Source: Herpetosiphon gulosus (lineage in GTDB: Bacteria; Chloroflexota; Chloroflexia; Chloroflexales; Herpetosiphonaceae). Taken from it: 64,000 nt of DNA. The notes below the pieces were generated by a model. The model did no database searches. It was given only the letters and a program-made list of their open reading frames with translations, and was not told where the DNA came from. The DNA lies in contig NZ_BAABRU010000004.1 in NCBI RefSeq assembly GCF_039545135.1, forward strand, positions 322,427-386,426, read 5' to 3'. Shown here one piece after another: positions 41,646 through 51,384 of the stretch (position 1 is the first letter of the stretch; the number at the start of each line of letters is the position of its first letter). A program made the translations under genes and the position numbers.

Positions 41646-43292
41646 CTATTCAGGGTTGAGTTGCGGGCGAATGAAGGGATTGCTGAAGGTAGCGCCCCAA
41701 ATGCTGCTGAGCGATTGGCCTTCGACCGTAATCTGCACCTGTTGCACGCTGTTGAACGAGGTTAATGCCAATACCAAGGCATCAACCGCCGCGCGAGGAT
41801 TGCTAGTTTGGCTGAATTCAGCGCTAAGATCAAGCTGGACAACCCCATCGACAATCACTAAACGCCGCACTTGGCTGGTACTAGGGATGGCACTACTGAC
41901 AACATGGCTATAGCGGCCAGCTCCGCGAATAAGCTCATCGACAGTGGCCCGCGCCTCGGTTTTGGTGCTTGGCACAAGCCGCATCACTCGCACCCAACGA
42001 CCAGAACTTTGCTGAAAATATAACGGCAAGAACGAAGTTGTGTTAAACTGACCATTTAAACCCTGCGGATTATCGGGGTTGACATTAGGGCGATAGCGCA
42101 GGCCACCCAAATTCTGGCCTTGGACTTGAATTTGCACCTGAGTAATCTCTGGTTGCTCAGTCAAGGCCAACACAATCGAACGCAAGCCCAAGTCTTCTAG
42201 GCTTGAATTGCCAAACGTCGGGATACGGTTAAAATTAGCGGTAGCAATGCCATTATTCAAGCGTAGCCCAAGTAATTGGGTATCGCTGGGCAACAAACTA
42301 CGTAAATCGCTGCGTGCACCTTGAATTAACTGTTGGATTGCAGCAGTCCGTGGCTGACGAGTTGCGGCAATCTGGCGCGAGACTGGCACCAAAACTTGGC
42401 CAGTGCTATCGGCAAAAAACAATGTTAATTGATTAACCTCGCGACCACCAGTTTCCTCGGTTGGCTGAGCAGTTGGCTCAGGGATTGGTTCAGGCGTTGG
42501 TTCTACAGTTGGCTCAACTGTCGGTTCTACAGTTGGCTCAAGCGTTGGTTCTACAGTTGGCTCAATGGTCGGTTCCACGGTTGGTTCAAGCGTTGGCACG
42601 GCAGTTGTCGCAATTGGCGATAACGTTGGCTCCAAGCTGGGAAGATCGGTGGCAAACGGAATGCTAGGAGTAGCAGAGGCGACAATCACATCTTCAGTTG
42701 GCGGTACAATAACAAAGGTTGGCGATGCAAGAATCACCTGAGTGGTTGCAGAAGCCGATGGCGTAGCAGAGACCGAGGGAGTGACGGTAGTGGTTTGAGC
42801 AATAACTTCGGCTGTTTGAGTTTGACGAACCGCTGCTGTGGCAAAGGCATTTGGTGATGGTGAAACCGTTAATGTTGGGCTATCAGATGTTGGCTGAAGC
42901 ACTTGCGAGGTAGCGCTAGGAACGGCTGGAGTATCGGGGTTGCTAAATAAAACAACGCCGCTAATCGCATAGGCCACAATAATTAAGCCAAGTAGGCCCA
43001 CCAAGGTGGCATAAATTCGGCGATCGCGAGTTGATAAACCAGCGAGCCAGCCACGCCAACCACCCACCGCAACTGGCGTAGGCGTGCTGACAACCTGCGC
43101 AACGGGCAGATCTTCACCTGCATATAATGGGCAACGCACATGGTTGCTGCTTAGACAAAACGAGGCTTGGGGCACTGGGATGTCGTGAGCCTCACCCGTC
43201 ATGTAGCAGCGGTGCTCCGGCGTAGGACTCGCGAAACGAATCGCACGATTTTGTTTAAGGCCCACATATGGGCAGTGATGCACTGGTTCCAC
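41646..43292 (-). CDS. Membrane-anchored tandem GerMN-domain protein with Cys-rich cytoplasmic N-terminus and (EPTV)n tandem-repeat linker
   Basis: TM helix IYATLVGLLGLIIVAYAISGVVLF. Linker PTLEPTVEPTIEPTVEPTLEPTVEPTVEPTVEPTPEPIPEPT, encoded by ~12-bp tandem DNA repeats at 42470-42600. Two C-terminal GerMN-like modules. Confidence 0.6.
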   Translation of the reverse strand: MEPVHHCPYVGLKQNRAIRFASPTPEHRCYMTGEAHDIPVPQASFCLSSNHVRCPLYAGEDLPVAQVVSTPTPVAVGGWRGWLAGLSTRDRRIYATLVGLLGLIIVAYAISGVVLFSNPDTPAVPSATSQVLQPTSDSPTLTVSPSPNAFATAAVRQTQTAEVIAQTTTVTPSVSATPSASATTQVILASPTFVIVPPTEDVIVASATPSIPFATDLPSLEPTLSPIATTAVPTLEPTVEPTIEPTVEPTLEPTVEPTVEPTVEPTPEPIPEPTAQPTEETGGREVNQLTLFFADSTGQVLVPVSRQIAATRQPRTAAIQQLIQGARSDLRSLLPSDTQLLGLRLNNGIATANFNRIPTFGNSSLEDLGLRSIVLALTEQPEITQVQIQVQGQNLGGLRYRPNVNPDNPQGLNGQFNTTSFLPLYFQQSSGRWVRVMRLVPSTKTEARATVDELIRGAGRYSHVVSSAIPSTSQVRRLVIVDGVVQLDLSAEFSQTSNPRAAVDALVLALTSFNSVQQVQITVEGQSLSSIWGATFSNPFIRPQLNPE

Positions 43293-43389
43293 GACGTTCC
43301 TCGTTCAAGCTCAACAAAGGCTTCTGACCGCCATTATACTCTACCAACCCTTGCCACAGAAACAGCGCTTGATTGCAGAAAGGTAACAC

Positions 43390-44124
43390 ATGCGGGTTCT
43401 GGTTCTTGCTGATATTCATGCTAACTTAGCCGCACTGGAAGCTGTTCTTGGAGCAGCAGGCGAGGTCGATTCGGTTTGGTGTTTGGGTGATACGGTTGGT
43501 TATGGGCCTCAACCAAATGAATGTGTTGCGCTCATGCGTGAACGCCAGCAAGCGATGTTGGTCGGCAATCACGACCTTGGTTGCCTTGGCACAATTCCCT
43601 TGACCAATTTTAATCGTGATGCACGGATTGCCAATGAATGGAATGGTTTGCAATTAACCGAAGAGCATCGCGAGTTTTTGCTCAGCCTAAGCCCGATGCA
43701 ACAGGTTAACGATATGGTTACCTTGGCACACGGTAGCCCACGCGACCCAGTTTGGGAGTATTTACTCGATACCGTGGGGGCAACCTATTCGTTCGATCAT
43801 TTTAGCACACCGATTTGCTTTGTGGGCCATACCCATCAGCCAGTGATTTTTACTGCTGATATGCTTGGCGATCATTGCACGGCGACGATTCCGACTGACC
43901 AATTGGTGCTCAAGCTGCAACCCGATAAGCGCTATATCATCAATGCTGGTGGCGTTGGTCAGCCTCGCGATGGTGATGCCCGCTCTGGTTGGGCAATTTA
44001 TGACGATGAGCAACAAACGGTCAGCTTCCATCGCACAACTTACAATATTCGGCGTACTCAAACCTTGATGCTTGAACATGGCTTGCCTAATATTTTGGCA
44101 GCTCGTTTGAGTTTTGGCATGTAG
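43390..44124 (+). CDS. Metallophosphoesterase (calcineurin-like, YfcE/MJ0936 family)
   Basis: MRVLVLADIHANLAALEAVL...GDTVGYGP...GNHD...GHTH motifs. Confidence 0.8.
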   Translation: MRVLVLADIHANLAALEAVLGAAGEVDSVWCLGDTVGYGPQPNECVALMRERQQAMLVGNHDLGCLGTIPLTNFNRDARIANEWNGLQLTEEHREFLLSLSPMQQVNDMVTLAHGSPRDPVWEYLLDTVGATYSFDHFSTPICFVGHTHQPVIFTADMLGDHCTATIPTDQLVLKLQPDKRYIINAGGVGQPRDGDARSGWAIYDDEQQTVSFHRTTYNIRRTQTLMLEHGLPNILAARLSFGM

Positions 44125-45543
44125 CTACTTGCCCACACTTGGCAAAAAGATATTGGTAATCGGAGTCCAGCTACGGGTTTCAGCGAGCGCATTCGTGCCA
44201 TTCCAGCCACCAATGCTATAAATATCACGGGCGTTTGAAAGCACGAGGTGTTCGCTGACAGCATGGCCGGTGCGCAAATCGGTTGCATTCCAGATGTTAT
44301 TTTGCAGCACCAAAATCGCTTGATCGCCCTCAGCCCCACCCACCAAATAGATCTGATTGGTGATATAAACCGCGCCAGCATCGATCCGTGGGGCTGGCAG
44401 ATCGGTTAACTTTTGCCATGTGCCAGTTTGCAAACGCCAGGTTCCAAGGCTGGGGCCAGTTGAAGTTTGGCCGCCAATCAACACAACATCGCCGCCACTT
44501 TGGGCAATGGCTGCATCACGCAAGGGCAATGGAATGGTTGGGCCTTGGCTCCAGCTTTGGGTATCAGGGCTATAAATAAAGCTGGTATCAGCAATGATCC
44601 CCTCGTTCTCACCGCCAAACACATAAACTTTGCCATCGATCGCGGCAATCATGGCATTGGCCCGTGGGGCAGGCATGGCTGGGCCAGTTTGCCAACGATT
44701 TTGGGCCAAGTCAAAAATCTCTAAAATAGTGCTAGCAGCGCCATTTTTATCGCGGCCACCTGGCACATAAATTTGGCCAGCAATCTGCACTGCGCCGCTG
44801 GAGGCAACTGCGGTTGGCTTGGCAGCCAGCTCACGCCACGCCCCCGTCGCCAAATTCAATTGACGGGTATGCGCCACCACGCCAGTATCGGTGTTGCCGC
44901 CAATCACAATCAAACTATCGGCTAGGAAAACCCCAGCATGTTGGTAGGTTGGCTCGGGCAGCGCGGTCAGTGGTTGCCACACATTGCTCACAAGCGTTGT
45001 TGCCGGTTGGGTGGTTGGCGTAATGTTGCCGCGCACCACAAACCAGCCAATTGCCACCACTGCCACAATCAACCCAAATAGCACACCCAAAATTGCCAAA
45101 GCATAGGCTCGTGGAATTGTGATCTGATTGGTGGGTTGGGTGATCACTGGCGTAATCGGATCGGGCGCTGGGGTTGTGATTGGCTGAGTTGTACTAGTTA
45201 TTTGAATTGGTTCGGGTACAATCGGCTCATCAATTGGAATAATCACTGGCGATTCGCTCTCAGGAATGCTCTCAGGTTCTGGCACTGGATTTGGAGTATT
45301 CAAACCCTCGATCAGGCCGCGCCGCACAGCCTCAAGCGTCGCCTCAGCCCGTGATAACACCCCCAACTTGGCGTAGATATTGCGAATATGCACCTTGACT
45401 GTGTTGGGGCTGATAACCAGCGTATTGGCAATTTCGTTATTGCTTGCCCCCAGCGCTAGCTGACGCAAGACCTCGATTTCACGCTCGCTGAGTGGTGATT
45501 GATCAGACATATTCCTCAATTCCTGAGCCAATTCTCCATCCAT
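44125..45543 (-). CDS. Transmembrane one-component regulator: N-terminal LuxR-type HTH, Pro-rich linker, single TM, extracytoplasmic Kelch-repeat beta-propeller
   Basis: [45 protein letters not shown] is a LuxR/Ger[31 protein letters not shown]. Repeated Kelch-like blades ...YV.GG. Confidence 0.65.
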   Translation of the reverse strand: MDGELAQELRNMSDQSPLSEREIEVLRQLALGASNNEIANTLVISPNTVKVHIRNIYAKLGVLSRAEATLEAVRRGLIEGLNTPNPVPEPESIPESESPVIIPIDEPIVPEPIQITSTTQPITTPAPDPITPVITQPTNQITIPRAYALAILGVLFGLIVAVVAIGWFVVRGNITPTTQPATTLVSNVWQPLTALPEPTYQHAGVFLADSLIVIGGNTDTGVVAHTRQLNLATGAWRELAAKPTAVASSGAVQIAGQIYVPGGRDKNGAASTILEIFDLAQNRWQTGPAMPAPRANAMIAAIDGKVYVFGGENEGIIADTSFIYSPDTQSWSQGPTIPLPLRDAAIAQSGGDVVLIGGQTSTGPSLGTWRLQTGTWQKLTDLPAPRIDAGAVYITNQIYLVGGAEGDQAILVLQNNIWNATDLRTGHAVSEHLVLSNARDIYSIGGWNGTNALAETRSWTPITNIFLPSVGK

Positions 45544-45648
45544 TGCATGGTAGCTGAACGCCGCAGCAAAGTCAAAGGTTTAATCAACAATCAGGGGTAG
45601 AATGCGGCCTAGGCTCATTCCTACCCCTGATTAAATCAGGCTAAATTG

Positions 45649-46659
45649 TTATTTGGTTGGCTGTTCGTCTGAATCTGTTAGGGCTTCAGTTTGATCAGCG
45701 TCATCATTATCATCATTATCATCAGCCTGATCGTCGTCATCGAATTCGTCATCAATCTGATCGTCGTCATCGAACTCAACATCAGCCTGATCGTCGTCAA
45801 ATTCTTCATCGTCGTCAGCATCAGTTCCGCCCAAACCTAGCGATTGCTTGGTCATCAGCAAGGCGGCACGGCCACGTAGCATCAAATCGTCAAACTTCGA
45901 TGGCTCTTTTTCCTCGCGTGGCAACACTGAGATAAAATGATTGAAGAGATAGCTATTTTCACGCACAAACTGATTCAGATCAGCCTCGGGATTGCGCAGT
46001 TGCCAATCTTCTAGACTGACAGCCAAAAATTCACTTAATTTCTCCACCGTGTCGGGAGTGGTTTGAGCCGCTGCGCCAGCAATGTAGTATTCTTCGCCAA
46101 CTGGCACAAGATGGGCAAAAATCAGCTCATTTTCTTCCAAGCGCTTGGCGGCAGCATGATCGCGCAAAGTAAAGGTTTCTTTGGTCAAAACCTCTTGAAT
46201 CAACGCACCTTTGCCCTTGATAATTTCAGTAATCAGATAGGGGCGCAAGCGAATGCCAGCCCAGGTTGGCAACAAATTCAGCTCATGCTCATCAAGCTCT
46301 AGCTCGGCTGGTGGATTAGCGGCGATCCGTTCGACCAAGGTTGAGCCATCATCGCCACTTTGAGCATCGAAGGCCAGCCAAGTCAAAAAGCGCTCTGAGC
46401 CACGATCTTCTAGCTCATCAAGTTCGCTCATATCGGCGGCGGTATAGCGTCCGCCCCAATATTGCTCAAACAAGCTAGGCGTGCTCGGAGCTAATTCTTC
46501 GCTTTGGGTGGCCTCGATCAATTTAGGAAACAACCGATCTTGAGCACGGCGTAATAAGCGCAACTGGTCTTCCTGCGCACGGTCAGCTGCTTCATGACAT
46601 TGCTTATATTTTTTGCCACTGCCACAAGGGCATGGGTCGTTGCGGCCTACTTTTGCCAT
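45649..46659 (-). CDS. SEC-C motif (YchJ/UPF0225-like) protein with poly-acidic repetitive C-terminal tail
   Basis: N-terminus [22 protein letters not shown] is a SEC-C metal-binding motif. C-terminus [39 protein letters not shown], encoded by ~30-bp tandem DNA repeats at 45690-45810. Confidence 0.7.
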   Translation of the reverse strand: MAKVGRNDPCPCGSGKKYKQCHEAADRAQEDQLRLLRRAQDRLFPKLIEATQSEELAPSTPSLFEQYWGGRYTAADMSELDELEDRGSERFLTWLAFDAQSGDDGSTLVERIAANPPAELELDEHELNLLPTWAGIRLRPYLITEIIKGKGALIQEVLTKETFTLRDHAAAKRLEENELIFAHLVPVGEEYYIAGAAAQTTPDTVEKLSEFLAVSLEDWQLRNPEADLNQFVRENSYLFNHFISVLPREEKEPSKFDDLMLRGRAALLMTKQSLGLGGTDADDDEEFDDDQADVEFDDDDQIDDEFDDDDQADDNDDNDDADQTEALTDSDEQPTK

Positions 46660-46674
46660 AGAACTACTCCTAGA

Positions 46675-48348
46675 TTATGCTGCTGAGGGCATGCTAAAGA
46701 TAAAGGTACTGCCTTTGCCTGGGGTGCTATCGACCCAAATGCGGCCACCATGAGCCTCAATCACCTGTTTGCAATAGGCCAAGCCAACCCCGCCGATGCG
46801 TTGTTCGCCAACCTGCTTGCTGAAACGATCGAAAATACGGCCTGCGAGTTCAACCGGAATACTTGGGCCTTGGTCGGCGATCCGCACTTGGGCATTGCCG
46901 CCAGTGTTGCTCACTTGCACCCGTACCATGCTATAGGCTGGACTGCGGCGCAGGGCGTTATCCAACAAGTGGCTCATCACCCGCCGCATCTTATCGGCAT
47001 CGAAGGCAAGGCCACCACTATCAGCACCATACTCCAACACCAAGTTGATTGCCCGTTGTTGGGCTTGGGGTGTAGATTGGGCAATGCTACCTTCGATCAG
47101 TGGCCGCAATGGATTGGCCAAGCGATGCAGGCTGTTGGGGTCGCCATGCAAACGGCTCATTTCCATCAGGGTATTGGTTAGCTCAACCAAGCGCGAGGTG
47201 GTACGACGGGCAGTCGATAAAACCCGCTCATTGCCATCGCCCAAATCGCCAGCCAACAAGGTATCTTGGGCCGCCAACACCGAATTCAGCGGATCATGCA
47301 TATCTTGCACGAGGAAATCGAGCAATTGCGAACGCATTTCTTCAACTTCTAATTCGGTAGTTTTATCGTGGAAAACCCCAACGTAGCCCAAGACACTGCC
47401 TGCGCTACTACGAATTGGCACTTGGTTGAGGCCAATCACGGGCTTGCGGGTGCCTTGTTGTTGCTCAAAGACCACCCGTTGGCGTTCGCCTTCGCGTTCG
47501 TTACTAATCACTCGCAAACGTCCAGTGTTTTCTTGGCTCCATTGATTAAGGGCTTGGCCTTCGAGCGTACCGCCAAACGCTTCGTTCAACAACTGACGAG
47601 CAGCAGCATTGGCCTGCAAAATGATGCCATTGCTATCGGCCAACACCACGCCATCGCTAGCTGCGCCTAGCACCGCCGCCAGTCGATCACGCTCTTGCAC
47701 CAACAATTGGGCAGCGCGTTCGACCCGCTCTTGCTCTTCGCCAAGCTGCTTGTTGAGTTGGGTGGTTGATTCGTGGCCGACAGTTTGTTGGCGATCAAAA
47801 GCGCGTAAGGCTGCGCTACAAACCAAGGCAAAAATGCTAATTACCAGCACAAAAGCGCTGAGCAAGCTCCATTGAATTAATTGATTGGTACTTGGTTCAG
47901 CGGCGGCAAAATAAGCCGCTGCCCATAAACTGGCTAAACTAACAACCGTAACAATAGCAGTATGCAAGGGGCGCAAGGTCAGTGCAGCACACAAAACGGG
48001 CAGGGCGGCGCTGATAATCGCCAATTCGCGTTGCTCGGGGAAAACCATGGTTGCACCCAAAGCGATGCTGAGCGTGCCAATAATCAAGGCCCAACCACTC
48101 AAGGGCAAGCGTCGCCGCAAGCCAGCAATCAGGCCAACCAAAGCAGCCAATGAGCCAACTCCGCCAGCAATGGCTCCAATCAGCATCGTTTGAGAGCCAA
48201 AATTCAAGCCACTCCACGCTGCCAGCCCTGCACCAAGCGCCAACACCACCAAGGCAATTGGCAATAACAACCGACTTAAGGGCGAACGTGGGATAGTTAT
48301 CGCAGCCGTTTGACTAGGCTGCTCGGTAATTGCGACGCTTTCAGTCAT
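46675..48348 (-). CDS. Sensor histidine kinase (multi-TM sensor, PAS, HisKA, HATPase_c)
   Basis: Several N-terminal TM helices. PAS-like region. H-box MHDPLNSVLAAQDTLL. N, G1 and G2 boxes LLDNALR, ADQGPSIP, GGVGLAYCK. Confidence 0.85.
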   Translation of the reverse strand: MTESVAITEQPSQTAAITIPRSPLSRLLLPIALVVLALGAGLAAWSGLNFGSQTMLIGAIAGGVGSLAALVGLIAGLRRRLPLSGWALIIGTLSIALGATMVFPEQRELAIISAALPVLCAALTLRPLHTAIVTVVSLASLWAAAYFAAAEPSTNQLIQWSLLSAFVLVISIFALVCSAALRAFDRQQTVGHESTTQLNKQLGEEQERVERAAQLLVQERDRLAAVLGAASDGVVLADSNGIILQANAAARQLLNEAFGGTLEGQALNQWSQENTGRLRVISNEREGERQRVVFEQQQGTRKPVIGLNQVPIRSSAGSVLGYVGVFHDKTTELEVEEMRSQLLDFLVQDMHDPLNSVLAAQDTLLAGDLGDGNERVLSTARRTTSRLVELTNTLMEMSRLHGDPNSLHRLANPLRPLIEGSIAQSTPQAQQRAINLVLEYGADSGGLAFDADKMRRVMSHLLDNALRRSPAYSMVRVQVSNTGGNAQVRIADQGPSIPVELAGRIFDRFSKQVGEQRIGGVGLAYCKQVIEAHGGRIWVDSTPGKGSTFIFSMPSAA

Positions 48349-48391
48349 GAGCCAATCCTCAATCCATCTAAGCTAGGGCTGCCCAATTATA

Positions 48392-50254
48392 CTACGGTGT
48401 GACGTTATAGCTGTAATCGGCTGCCTCGGTTGTGCCTTGAGTTGTAGCATTGACCACCAAAACCGCTCGTCGATTAGCCGGAATCAGCCAACGCGCTTGA
48501 CCATTATCGGTTGGAATTGCGACAACTTCAGCAACCCCAGCTTGATCATACAGCACTGCCGTTAGCACCCAACGCTGCGCCAGTTGATTACGCACTGGCA
48601 CAAAACCAGCCCCGCTCCATTCAGCCATTACATTGTCGATTGTGAGATTGCTCAAGGCTAAACCAGCAGCATTATACGCTTCATCGTTAATAACCCAAAA
48701 TCGCAATTGAATTTGTTGACCAGCCCATGGCCCAAGATCGATGCTTTCTGCTTGCCACGCGGTTTGTTGGCCTGTCCAGCCAGCCCCAATATTTAAGCCA
48801 ACCGGATTGGCTCCAGTGCTGGCTTGAGTCGCAATCGCTTGCCAGGTTTGGCCATTATCTTGCGAGAGGCTGAGATAGGCATAATCGTAATCTTGCTCTA
48901 AATCAAACCAGCGTTGATAGCTCAGGCTACTGCCAGCGCTGGGCACTTGAATTGCTGTGGTGAGCGTGCTCACTCGCGCATCGCCGCGCCCGCCCCACCA
49001 TGTGGCGCTACTTGTCACATCGGCGGCGAAAATAGGCACTGTGGTATTGCCCTGCCATTCAACAGTTCGTTCGCTGCTGGCGCTATCAAAAGCCAAATAA
49101 TCGCTGCCAAATTGCTGAATGCTCAAGTTTTGCTCGCTGCTCTGGGCTGGCTCTGGCAACACAGCCCGAGGCAAATCGTAGCTATAACGGCCATCGGCGA
49201 GATCAGGATCATTCACCAAATTGGCGACCGCCCAAGCTGCAAACAGCTGATCAAAGCTGGTCAAATCGGGGTAGCGGGTAGCCATCAAACTCGTAATGCT
49301 GGTCAAATTATCGCCAGCATCAGCAGCAGCCAAGGTTCCCATCGGCAAGCCGTCGAGTTGCTGATCGAGATAACCGAGGAAAAGCTGAGCCGCACCATAA
49401 TGTTTGAGCGCAGTGCCAGGGCTGCTGGCCCACGCATTGAGTTGGGTATCCGGCGAGGCCAGAAAATCGAGTGCCAAACTATCGTTGCCATAGCCTGAAC
49501 GATTTTCGCTCAACATCGAAGCGCCTTCATTGAGCCAAGTGGCGGGGTGGCTCAGCACATTCCGATGCAACAGATGCTGCATTTCGTGAATTAACGTGGC
49601 GACATAGCCAAAATCGCTGGGTGGCATGGCCGCAGCGTTAATCACCAACATCTCGCGTTCGTTGGAATATGGATTGATCGCTTGGGGCAATTCGTTATCG
49701 CTGGCGTAATAGCCGCCCGCCCCGTTGACCGCAGCATTCAAGACCGTTACCGGCACTTGAGGCCAAGCCTGTTGCGGATACCATTTGGCTAGCAACGGCC
49801 AACCAACCTGTTCAAATTGCTGAGCAGCATTAATCAGCGCTTGTTGATCAACTGGCAAATCATCGGCCACATAAATTAATAGGTGAGTGGTACTAAGTTG
49901 AAGGGTGGCACTGATATTGCGCTGTTGATTGCTAGTTAAATCGGTAACCCAAAAGCTGCGGCGCTCGTATGGTGGGGGCATTTCCAAACGTAGTGGTTGA
50001 GGTTTTTCGCTAAGCAAGCGCCAATCAACGGCAAGTTGGGCCAAATCGCGCTCAAGCCCTTGTTGGCTGGCAAGTTCCACCGCCGCTTCATCGGCAATGA
50101 TTGGGATGCTTGTGGCCAGTGCTTGAGTCGGGCTGAGAGTTTGAGCTAGGGTTGGCAAGCTTGGTTGAATTGGAATTTGGGTGCTGGTTGCAGGTGCGGT
50201 TGCGCTACAACCCACCAACATCCACAGCAAAAGGCAGATTCGCCAGCGACGCAT
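48392..50254 (-). CDS. Secreted lipoprotein, putative zinc metallopeptidase (HExxH...E gluzincin-like)
   Basis: Lipobox signal MRRWRICLLLWMLVGC. HEMQHLLHRN...NEG motif. Confidence 0.55.
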   Translation of the reverse strand: MRRWRICLLLWMLVGCSATAPATSTQIPIQPSLPTLAQTLSPTQALATSIPIIADEAAVELASQQGLERDLAQLAVDWRLLSEKPQPLRLEMPPPYERRSFWVTDLTSNQQRNISATLQLSTTHLLIYVADDLPVDQQALINAAQQFEQVGWPLLAKWYPQQAWPQVPVTVLNAAVNGAGGYYASDNELPQAINPYSNEREMLVINAAAMPPSDFGYVATLIHEMQHLLHRNVLSHPATWLNEGASMLSENRSGYGNDSLALDFLASPDTQLNAWASSPGTALKHYGAAQLFLGYLDQQLDGLPMGTLAAADAGDNLTSITSLMATRYPDLTSFDQLFAAWAVANLVNDPDLADGRYSYDLPRAVLPEPAQSSEQNLSIQQFGSDYLAFDSASSERTVEWQGNTTVPIFAADVTSSATWWGGRGDARVSTLTTAIQVPSAGSSLSYQRWFDLEQDYDYAYLSLSQDNGQTWQAIATQASTGANPVGLNIGAGWTGQQTAWQAESIDLGPWAGQQIQLRFWVINDEAYNAAGLALSNLTIDNVMAEWSGAGFVPVRNQLAQRWVLTAVLYDQAGVAEVVAIPTDNGQARWLIPANRRAVLVVNATTQGTTEAADYSYNVTP

Positions 50255-50375
50255 ACCATTATCCTTATCGCAATTTTGCTATCAGGATAGCACAGAACCT
50301 TGGTAGACATGGCATATATTGCCATCTATAATCGCAGTATCCTCCGTTAGCCAGTTTATTGAAGGAGCGAAGCCC

Positions 50376-51269
50376 ATGAAACAGTGGATGAGTCGGATGT
50401 TGTTGGGCGTGTTAGCAATTGCCTTGAGCGGTTGTGTTGCCTCACAAGTCGAAACCACAATCAGCGGTGATGGCAGTGGCACGAATACGTTTAAAGTAGG
50501 TATGGATGCCGAAACAATGGCCATGATGGCAAGCATGGGTGGCACCGAGGGCGAAGATCCCTTTAAACAAACCAGAGATGATGTTTCAGGTTATCCAGCT
50601 GAGTGGGCTGCAACTACCAGCGATTGGAAAGAAAAACTTGGCGAAACCGAGTTCCAAGGCGTACAGATTAACATGAAATTTGCCAACGTTGCGACCTTGA
50701 ACGAGCAATTAAGCCAATTTTTGAGTGACTCGGGCAGCAGCGATAGCCCAACCGGCCAAGCGTTATCGAATCTTAAAATAACCGATGATGGCGAAACCTT
50801 CACTGTATCCGGCAATGCAATGGCCACCGATTTGGCTGCTGCCGCCGAGAGCGAAGGCGCTGGCATGCCTGGCATGGGCGATTCGTTGAAAAAGGCTGTG
50901 ATTGTTTGGCAAGTAACCTTGCCAGGTGAAGTTAGCAGCGTTGAGCCAACCGATATTGCAACCGTCAACGGCAATACGGTTACTTGGAAAATCCCAGTTG
51001 ATAAAACTGCCACCTATACCCTCAAAGCAGTTTCAACCAAGAGTGGTGGCGGTGCTGGCGGCAGTAATTTGCCATTGATCCTTGGTGGCGTTGGCTTGTT
51101 GGTGGTCTTGGCTGGTGTTGGCTTCTTCGTGATGAGCCGCCGTAAAGCTGCTCCAGTGGCCGCTGGCTATCAGCAATATGGTGGTCAAACCTACGACCCC
51201 AATGCTCAAGGTCAAAATCAACAACAAGGTTATTACGACCCAAACAACGACCCTAATCGCAAACAATAA
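50376..51269 (+). CDS. Lipoprotein with C-terminal TM anchor and Q/N/Y-rich tail (paralog 1; LppM/DUF3153-like?)
   Basis: Lipobox LAIALSGC. RBS GAAGGAG. TM LPLILGGVGLLVVLAGVGFFV. Shares YPAEWAATTSDWKEKLGETEFQGVQINMKF.NVATLNEQL with paralog 2. Confidence 0.6.
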   Translation: MKQWMSRMLLGVLAIALSGCVASQVETTISGDGSGTNTFKVGMDAETMAMMASMGGTEGEDPFKQTRDDVSGYPAEWAATTSDWKEKLGETEFQGVQINMKFANVATLNEQLSQFLSDSGSSDSPTGQALSNLKITDDGETFTVSGNAMATDLAAAAESEGAGMPGMGDSLKKAVIVWQVTLPGEVSSVEPTDIATVNGNTVTWKIPVDKTATYTLKAVSTKSGGGAGGSNLPLILGGVGLLVVLAGVGFFVMSRRKAAPVAAGYQQYGGQTYDPNAQGQNQQQGYYDPNNDPNRKQ

Positions 51270-51384
51270 GCCAATTTGAAACCTTTTGGCCAACGCTCCG
51301 TCTTTACGGCGGAGTGTTGGCGTTTTAGCCAGCAAATTGCGGTACGATGATAGTGAGCGATTTTTGATCAACGGAGGCTGCTGT

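Noticed and set aside
42429-42667. ORFs of the type WLSSWLRDWFRRWFYSW, and the 12-bp tandem repeats suspected as a CRISPR-like array
   Set aside because: The repeats are contiguous with no spacers and are in-frame coding sequence of the GerMN gene linker (EPTV)n. The Trp-rich ORFs are their antisense frames.
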